From NCBI GenBank assembly GCA_013239625.1, contig MU054400.1, positions 2,950,282-3,014,281 of the forward strand: a stretch of DNA of 64,000 nt, read 5' to 3'. A program made the translations under genes and the position numbers. Source of the stretch: Lama guanicoe (taxonomy: Eukaryota). The stretch's first letter is position 1; the number at the start of each line of letters is the position of its first letter. The notes beneath the pieces were generated by a model, which made no database searches, had not been told where the DNA came from, and worked only from the letters and a program-made list of their open reading frames with translations. Positions 56,015 through 64,000 of the stretch are shown piece after piece.

Positions 56015-56660
56015 CAGTCAGTTTTTTTTAATTAGTGGTAGTTGTGTCCTGCAAACACTGAGTTAGTAAATACTGAACCATTGCTCTTAGGAGAAATACA
56101 GGGTTAGATTCCTGTGAACCTCTGGTCATGACATTTCTGTCAACTGATCAATACATAGTCTTGTTTTATTTGTATTTCTGTTTCAAGATACATGGTTTAA
56201 TATATAATGTTGATCTATTAACATAAAACTCATGGCCAGCAGGACCATAACTCATGCCTGATCACAGTTTACCGCGCACGCATATTTTCTCTGTAAGGTA
56301 CGCCACATCCTTCTTGCCCTTAGTAACACTAGGTAGCACCTCAGCAGTACACTCACAGGCCATTTTAAACAGAGGAATCACTGACAAACAACATAAAAAT
56401 GCAAAAAGCATGTCACTAAATAGACCATGAAAAGGATGCTTATTTACAGTGTGAGAGTTAAAACAAGAAGGTAGTGTTGCCTTGTTCCACTTTAACTGGG
56501 AACTGGGAGCACATATCAGATGCCCCCAGATTTTCGCTGCCCTGCACGTGCCTGTAAATGACGTGAAGGCACTGCGAGCATTGATTTGGGGATTGCAAAC
56601 ACATTTTAGGGAGGAGGCGAATTTGCAAATACAGAACTTATGATTAGTGAGGACCTATAG
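56015..56660. mobile_element. MER82-like Tigger (TcMar) non-autonomous DNA transposon
   Basis: aaacactgagttagtaaatactgaaccattgctcttaggagaaatacagggttag...gcgaatttgcaaatacagaac...; about 650 bp with degenerate cagtc.../...ctatag termini. Confidence 0.75.
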
Positions 56661-59600
56661 CATAGACACTGTGTAAATATACACACATTATATAGTTGTA
56701 ATCACCTTGAACTTAAATTTTTAATTCAGTTTTTGTGTTTAGTCTTTTATTATAAACATTTTTTCTTGTTATAGTGAATGACCGTGTCTAATGATCGTTT
56801 TTGACGACTAAGTAATATTCCATCTAGTTAAGTTACATAATTAGCCTGATGGTTCCCTATTGTTGGATTTCTAGTTTTTTCCTTTACTTACTATTTTAGG
56901 TAACTGTGCATGACTGCATGTAGGACCTTTTTCTTCTTTTTCTTCTTTTGGGTTATTTACTTGGGATAAGCTCCAGTAGTGGACTCACAGACTCACAAAA
57001 TGTGAACATCACTCTGACTCTTGATCTGTATTGTCACCCTGCTTTTAAAACCGTTGCATGGGATATACCAGGATATGAATGTTGCTAACCGTCAATCCCT
57101 GGGTGTTTCAGTTGCATCCAAGCCTGAGAAGATTGATGACTAAATGAAAAGTTTACAAATTCTTTAAAAAAACACTGTCCCTTGGGTGTAAATTCGGATT
57201 CTTTGGGTGATTGGTCCATGATCTCTGTCCCTCTGACTGCTGATTGGTTCCCTTGGGGCAAGGCAGGAAGTCAGCAGCCAAGGACACCCCTCCCTGACCA
57301 TCTCAGTAGAAAGGGCAGAGGCTGAATGAGAGTGACACATCTGAAGGAGGGCATGCCCGGTCCAGCTTGGGTAGCGTGTCCAAGACGGGACATCAAAGCA
57401 CAGGATGCTGAACGTGTGCCTTAGAGCAGACGTAATGAAGAAACCGGGACGATGGAAGCAAGATTTAGTGGGTCAGACTGTGAGAGATCAAGTGGTGTGA
57501 GATAAATTCTTCAGATACCCCTGCCAGGTTTTTATATGGGTTTAGATGATGCCTTCACAGGCAGAGAAGATCCTTCTAAAGGGGCTGGGCAGGACACACG
57601 GCAAAATCATCCACTCCCCAATTTTCATAACCCACTCTTGTCTTCTCTTATGTAGATGTTCTGTCTGGGTGATTCCTTAAAATACGTGGGATGTGGGTGT
57701 GTGTGCGTGTGTGTGTTTGAACTACTCATCTATACGTAATTAAGCAAATATCTTCCTACTCCATTGTTTTCCATTTATTTTGGAAACAAAACAGTGTATT
57801 TAACCTATAGTTCAAATTGTATGTATAATAATTGGAACTTGCTGATTTTTTTCTTTGTTTTCTTAAGTCAGTTGAGAAAGCGTCATACTCCAATGTCCTT
57901 TTTCTCCGTAAGTGGAAGAATTGTATTTTTTTTAAAATAGCATTTCACTTCAGTCATTGTACCCACAGGATAAAAAGGAAGAAGCTTTGGAGAGAGAAAT
58001 TGTTTTGAAATGCTTGTATTTTGAATCATTTAGCAGTTTAACATTTAAAATGGTAGTTTCTGGGTTTTTATTGGTTAGTCTGAAGAAGACTCTACACAGC
58101 GAAAATAATTAAATTGGCTTAGTCAAGAAATGAGCTAACTCAGCGGGCAAGGGGGTTAACAATCCAGTTGACTGACTGACATCCTGTGGAATAACTAACC
58201 GAGAGATTTAATTTCTGAATTCTTACCCAGTGCCTTTGTTAAATTGGCAGGCATTCTGCTTAGTTGAAGTGTAGCCTCCTTAAGGATGTTTTGCATTCTT
58301 AGTACTTCCATGTGGTAACTTTTTCCTTTTGATTGGGTTGAATTATGAAGTATACACCCCCACGGTATAAAGTTTTAGTATTAAATGTCGGTATTAGAGA
58401 TTTAGGAAAGGGAGCTGAGTTTGGTGGCCTTTTTAGTCAAGATGGCTTTTAGGAAAACCCACTTATGACCTCTCTCCTCTCACCTTCCTGGGGGCTCTCA
58501 CTGACTGAGGGCTAGTAAAGCACAACTGATTGGAATTCTTCCTTGCAGGACCTTGACCTAAAATTATACTAAAAGAGGCATCTAATCTAAATCCACACGG
58601 TGGCCAAGTGCCTCTCCCTCTGCTTGCTAGCAAAAATCCTCATGCTCTTCTGAGATCTACCTTAATCTCTTTGTCCCGGTCTCCCCGCTTGTTTTAACCT
58701 CTTTCCTGCACACCAGTGTGCTATTACAGAATTGTACTTTTGTGCACGTGCCACAAAATGTAAAAACGTAGGTGAACACACTTCTCTAGGATATGGCACA
58801 GCCACTGTTTGTTATTTGTATGACCATTCGGTTTAAAGGAAGCAATTTATACGCTTTGACTTAACAATCATTTCAAAGAGAGGACATATCCCAAGTTAAT
58901 CACCATTTCACCAAGATACTTAAACAAAATATAACAACGTATGATGATTTATCAAAGGGGATGGACGACATGTAGTTAAGCAGATGATAGAGATTTTCTT
59001 TCTCAGAACAATGATGGGTTCTTTTCTCTGTCTCGTTCTGTCTGCACCCTACGTTTGTTGGGTGAAGCAAGGATAGTGAGGTGGGAAAGGGCACTGACTG
59101 CCCTGACCCTTCTGCACTCACTCTTGGAAGTGAGGTCATTTCGCAGACGCGTGAGCTAAGGAAAAAAGGCCCTTTAAATGTTCCCGATTCCAGCCTTAAA
59201 AATTATTCCTTATTTGCCCTTTGACAGCATCTCAATACCAAATTGCTGTCCTTTCAGTTTATAATCAGTTCTGTTCCCATGACTCCCTGAAAACGAAACG
59301 ACCCCAAGGTAAGATTGATGGAGAGAGAAGCAACATTAAATGAAATATGCAAGCACTTAAGCCCTGGCCCTGTCCTGGGACCAGCATCCACAGACCCCAG
59401 GGCAAAACCGCAGGGCCCCTGCTGCTCTCTGAAAAGTGCTTTGGAGGAGCGCTGTCAAGCCCTCCGTGAGGGGGTTTCCTCCGCTAATTCAGGCCTTCAT
59501 CATTGTTTTAACTCTTTGCCTGACTGTAAACAACTCCCTTTTCCTTGGGCTTGTTCTACTTACGGAAATTGAAGTCAATTACATTTTTACTCCCTTAGAA

Positions 59601-60174
59601 AATTTAAGTGCCAATCATTTGAGGAACTCAGTGATCAAAACTGTTCTTCAGTTCCAAATGTGGAGCAGTGTAAAAAAAGTGACCGAGGCTATAGGAGCCT
59701 GGATCTCCCTGGAACTGGGTCTTTGTCCGATCATTTTCTAGAAAAGCTCAGATTTCCTCTGTCAAACTGGGTATTTTAACACCTCATCCCCTACGTTACA
59801 TGATGGGAGTAGGAGGAAGACGGTAGCCACTTTTTTAAATGTGAAGGTCTTTTGTGAAGAAAAGGAATAGCCTTATTTGGGTAGAAATTATAGGTAAGCT
59901 GATTTGAACGCTTTCTAGTAAAATCCTTTCTGACTGTCATACTTGTTAAGAGGCAGCAGGACAGCGGGGTGAGGAGCTGCGCCTCTGCGGTCCGGCAGAC
60001 AGTGGTGTGAGTTTCCTTCCATCTTCTCTGACCACGTGATGTAGACAGGCTGACTCCTCCTTTAGAGCCTCAGTTTCCTCTCCCTAAGATTGTACCGACA
60101 GTATTTCATATCTTGGAGCTGTTGTAAGGATTACATGAGATAATATAGTTATTATTAGCCTCCTTGTTCTAGGG

Positions 60175-60342
60175 GAGTGGCTCTCAAACTTTGGTGTGCC
60201 TGGGAACCACGTGGAGGTCTTGGTAAAATAGATTGTGGGCCCCACCCCCGGAGTTTCTGATTCAGCAAGAATTTACACAGCCAACAAATTCTCAGCTAAA
60301 GTGGATGTTGCCGATCGGGGGCCCTTCCTCTGAGAACCACCA
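60175..60342. mobile_element. MER5A-like hAT MITE (duplicated copy at 62484-62651); adjacent MIR at about 59945-60155 (copy about 62254-62464)
   Basis: agtggctctcaaacttt...gattgtgggccccacccccggagtttctgattcagca...tgagaaccac terminal inverted repeats. Confidence 0.8.
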
Positions 60343-61459
60343 CAACATGGTCTGACAGACTGTTTACTGCATGTGCTCGAATGTTTAAAAATTAGCTGTA
60401 GTTCGTGAAGATGCATTTCATGATCCACTGAAAAGAGTTTGAGAGTCAAGGTATCTAGGCTCCTTTCTTCCTGTTGCCACTAATTCTTTGGGTTGCCAGA
60501 GAAAAGCCTCTTAACCGCTCTGTTTCGTTCTCGCTGCCCTGTATCTTCAGCAGCTGGTTGTGGAGGCCACACGAGTGAGCGTGGGTTACGAGCACTGTGG
60601 ACAGTGTTGGCGTGTCGACCACTAGGACAGTAGAGCTGCTGCTGCTACGTTGGGCTGCTAGCCTTTGTTCCCCTGTCGTGGAAATGCCTTTGATTGAGCT
60701 ACCAGTACAAGACCCTGTCTTCGTAGGAAAAAGAACTAAAAAAATCTCCTATTTGTCCTTGCAAGGGCGTTTGTAGAAACAGGCAAGCCCTCTGTTAATG
60801 TACTATTTTTACTTGGATAAATCAGGTGCATAGGGAATAAGTACTCAGGGATGACCCAGTCTCTGGATGTTGGTTTAGTGTCCCTTTTCCATGATGGAAA
60901 TAAAGTGAAGTTGCCCTTGAAAGTGTTGTGATATGATCAGCTGGCGGGTGACTAAAGTTTAGTGAGCCTTCCTGAGGACAAACCCCTCTGAGCCCTTTAT
61001 AGGTGTTACTCACAAAATTTAGCCAACAGCTCCATGCGTATACTGGGCCCTACTGTAAAGGTAGAGAAACTCAGCCTACATTCACAGCGCCGTCAATAAA
61101 TGTTGCAAGCCACGACTTGAACCTGCAGAGTGTCTCCTGCTCAGCCCCAGGTCCCAGCTATCCCTCTGCCCAAAAGCTGACTGCTAGTAGCCTGCCCTTT
61201 CAGCCACGCGACCGACTTGTGAAGAGTGATACCTACCGACTAGTTAGTATTTATGTTCATTGTTTGGTATAAAAATGGATAAACATTATTGTTATCTTCT
61301 TGAACAATAAAATCAACCCTCCTTGAATTGGTTAAGCATAATTTGAGATTGGGTTGAAGATTTTTAAGATGCATGATTCATTTGCATGGAAGTAATGTCC
61401 TTGCCAGTATCGTTGTGGGCAAAGGGAACTTCCATGAATTCTGCCAAATTTATTAAGGC

Positions 61460-61630
61460 TCCTCCTCCTCCTCCTCCTTCTCCTTCTCCTCCTTCTCCTT
61501 CTCCTCCTTCTCCTTCTCTTCTTTCTTCTCCTTCTTCTTTCTTCTTCTTCTTCTTCTTTCTTTCTTCTGCTTCTTCTTTCTTTCTTCTTCTTCTTCTTCT
61601 TCTTCTTCTTCTTCTTCTTCTTCTTCTTCT
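61460..61630 (+). repeat. Compound (CCT)n/(CTT)n polypyrimidine microsatellite ending in pure (TTC)16
   Basis: Read directly; pure TTC run 61582-61629. Confidence 0.95.
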
Positions 61631-63768
61631 AGAGAGAAGCAACATTAAATGAAATATGCAAGCACTTAAGCCCTGGCCCTGTCCTGGGACCAGCATCCAC
61701 AGACCCCAGGGCAAAACCGCAGGGCCCCTGCTGCTCTCTGAAAAGTGCTTTGGAGGAGCGCTGTCAAGCCCTCCGTGAGGGGGTTTCCTCCGCTAATTCA
61801 GGCCTTCATCATTGTTTTAACTCTTTGCCTGACTGTAAACAACTCCCTTTTCCTTGGGCTTGTTCTACTTACGGAAATTGAAGTCAATTACATTTTTACT
61901 CCCTTAGAAAATTTAAGTGCCAATCATTTGAGGAACTCAGTGATCAAAACTGTTCTTCAGTTCCAAATGTGGAGCAGTGTAAAAAAAGTGACCGAGGCTA
62001 TAGGAGCCTGGATCTCCCTGGAACTGGGTCTTTGTCCGATCATTTTCTAGAAAAGCTCAGATTTCCTCTGTCAAACTGGGTATTTTAACACCTCATCCCC
62101 TACGTTACATGATGGGAGTAGGAGGAAGACGGTAGCCACTTTTTTAAATGTGAAGGTCTTTTGTGAAGAAAAGGAATAGCCTTATTTGGGTAGAAATTAT
62201 AGGTAAGCTGATTTGAACGCTTTCTAGTAAAATCCTTTCTGACTGTCATACTTGTTAAGAGGCAGCAGGACAGCGGGGTGAGGAGCTGCGCCTCTGCGGT
62301 CCGGCAGACAGTGGTGTGAGTTTCCTTCCATCTTCTCTGACCACGTGATGTAGACAGGCTGACTCCTCCTTTAGAGCCTCAGTTTCCTCTCCCTAAGATT
62401 GTACCGACAGTATTTCATATCTTGGAGCTGTTGTAAGGATTACATGAGATAATATAGTTATTATTAGCCTCCTTGTTCTAGGGGAGTGGCTCTCAAACTT
62501 TGGTGTGCCTGGGAACCACGTGGAGGTCTTGGTAAAATAGATTGTGGGCCCCACCCCCGGAGTTTCTGATTCAGCAAGAATTTACACAGCCAACAAATTC
62601 TCAGCTAAAGTGGATGTTGCCGATCGGGGGCCCTTCCTCTGAGAACCACCACAACATGGTCTGACAGACTGTTTACTGCATGTGCTCGAATGTTTAAAAA
62701 TTAGCTGTAGTTCGTGAAGATGCATTTCATGATCAACTGAAAAGAGTTTGAGAGTCAAGGTATCTAGGCTCCTTTCTTCCTGTTGCCACTAATTCTTTGG
62801 GTTGCCAGAGAAAAGCCTCTTAACCGCTCTGTTTCGTTCTCGCTGCCCTGTATCTTCAGCAGCTGGTTGTGGAGGCCACACGAGTGAGCGTGGGTTACGA
62901 GCACTGTGGACAGTGTTGGCGTGTCGACCACTAGGACAGTAGAGCTGCTGCTGCTACGTTGGGCTGCTAGCCTTTGTTCCCCTGTCGTGGAAATGCCTTT
63001 GATTGAGCTACCAGTACAAGACCCTGTCTTCGTAGGAAAAAGAACTAAAAAAATCTCCTATTTGTCCTTGCAAGGGTGTTTGTAGAAACAGGCAAGCCCT
63101 CTGTTAATGTACTATTTTTACTTGGATAAATCAGGTGCATAGGGAATAAGTACTCAGGGATGACCCAGTCTCTGGATGTTGGTTTAGTGTCCCTTTTCCA
63201 TGATGGAAATAAAGTGAAGTTGCCCTTGAAAGTGTTGTGATATGATCAGCTGGCGGGTGACTAAAGTTTAGTGAGCCTTCCTGAGGACAAACCCCTCTGA
63301 GCCCTTTATAGGTGTTACTCACAAAATTTAGCCAACAGCTCCATGCGTATACTGGGCCCTACTGTAAAGGTAGAGAAACTCAGCCTACATTCACAGCGCC
63401 GTCAATAAATGTTGCAAGCCACGACTTGAACCTGCAGAGTGTCTCCTGCTCAGCCCCAGGTCCCAGCTATCCCTCTGCCCAAAAGCTGACTGCTAGTAGC
63501 CTGCCCTTTCAGCCACGCGACCGACTTGTGAAGAGTGATACCTACCGACTAGTTAGTATTTATGTTCATTGTTTGGTATAAAAATGGATAAACATTATTG
63601 TTATCTTCTTGAACAATAAAATCAACCCTCCTTGAATTGGTTAAGCATAATTTGAGATTGGGTTGAAGATTTTTAAGATGCATGATTCATTTGCATGGAA
63701 GTAATGTCCTTGCCAGTATCGTTGTGGGCAAAGGGAACTTCCATGAATTCTGCCAAATTTATTAAGGC

Positions 63769-63959
63769 TCCTCCTCCTCCTCCTCCTCCTTCTTCTTCTC
63801 CTCCTTCTCTTCTTTCTTCTCCTTCTTCTTTCTTCTTCTTCTTCTTCTTTCTTTCTTCTGCTTCTTCTTTCTTTCTTCTTCTTCTTCTTCTTCTTCTTCT
63901 TCTTCTTCTTCTTCTTCTTCTTTTCTCCTTCTTCTTCTTCCTCTTCCTCTTCCTCTTCT

Positions 63960-63991
<32 letters not shown>

Positions 63992-64000
63992 TTCTTCTTC
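63769..64000 (+). repeat. Compound (CCT)n/(CTT)n/(CCTCTT)n polypyrimidine microsatellite, running off the window end
   Basis: Read directly; pure TTC run 63873-63920. Confidence 0.95.

Larger units (their letters stand above)
59322..64000 (+). repeat. Tandem segmental duplication, unit offset 2309 bp (copy 1 59322-61630; copy 2 61631 to about 63921, with the microsatellite continuing to the window end)
   Basis: Identical ORF pairs at offset 2309 (59436/61745, 60822/63131, 61003/63312). By eye only two SNVs: 60426C/62735A and 60768C/63077T, plus an 18-nt length difference in the microsatellite. Confidence 0.97.

Noticed and set aside
61364..61714. Poly-Arg/Lys/Glu and poly-Pro/Leu ORFs (61364..61714 minus, 61386..61652 plus)
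   Set aside because: Translation of a stop-free CCT/CTT microsatellite.
59436..63581. Paired identical ORFs (101, 63 and 89 aa) as a duplicated gene cluster
   Set aside because: No recognisable domain or splice structure; they are identical only because the DNA is tandemly duplicated.

Overview
Mammalian genomic DNA, most likely camelid (Vicugna/Camelus), judged from tRNA-derived Vic-1-like SINEs and the style of the young L1 3' end. The whole window lies inside NTRK2 (TrkB receptor tyrosine kinase) on the + strand. Three intact tyrosine-kinase-domain coding exons are visible (14172-14302, 28989-29161, 34591-34825), with canonical AG/GT boundaries and compatible phases. I did not find the upstream juxtamembrane exon or the downstream 'VGGHTMLPIRWM' exon, so they presumably lie outside the window. 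The rest is intron with L1, L2, MIR, SINE, MaLR/ERV LTR and hAT/Tigger remnants plus microsatellites. Most notable: (i) a near-identical 2309-bp tandem duplication (59322-61630 / 61631-end) that breaks exactly at a pure (TTC)16 tract, either a real very recent CNV or a haplotype/assembly false duplication; (ii) an internal, tailless L1 ORF2 fragment flanked by an 8-bp direct repeat, a candidate non-classical insertion; (iii) two candidate routes to kinase-truncated TrkB isoforms, namely a 104-codon read-through into an MLT1 LTR and a cryptic 86-nt mini-intron; (iv) a sharp GC3 step between neighbouring exons. I found no convincing evidence of a wholly new biological system. Almost all entries in the ORF track are spurious or repeat-derived. 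Repeat family names come from visual recognition and were not checked against a database.
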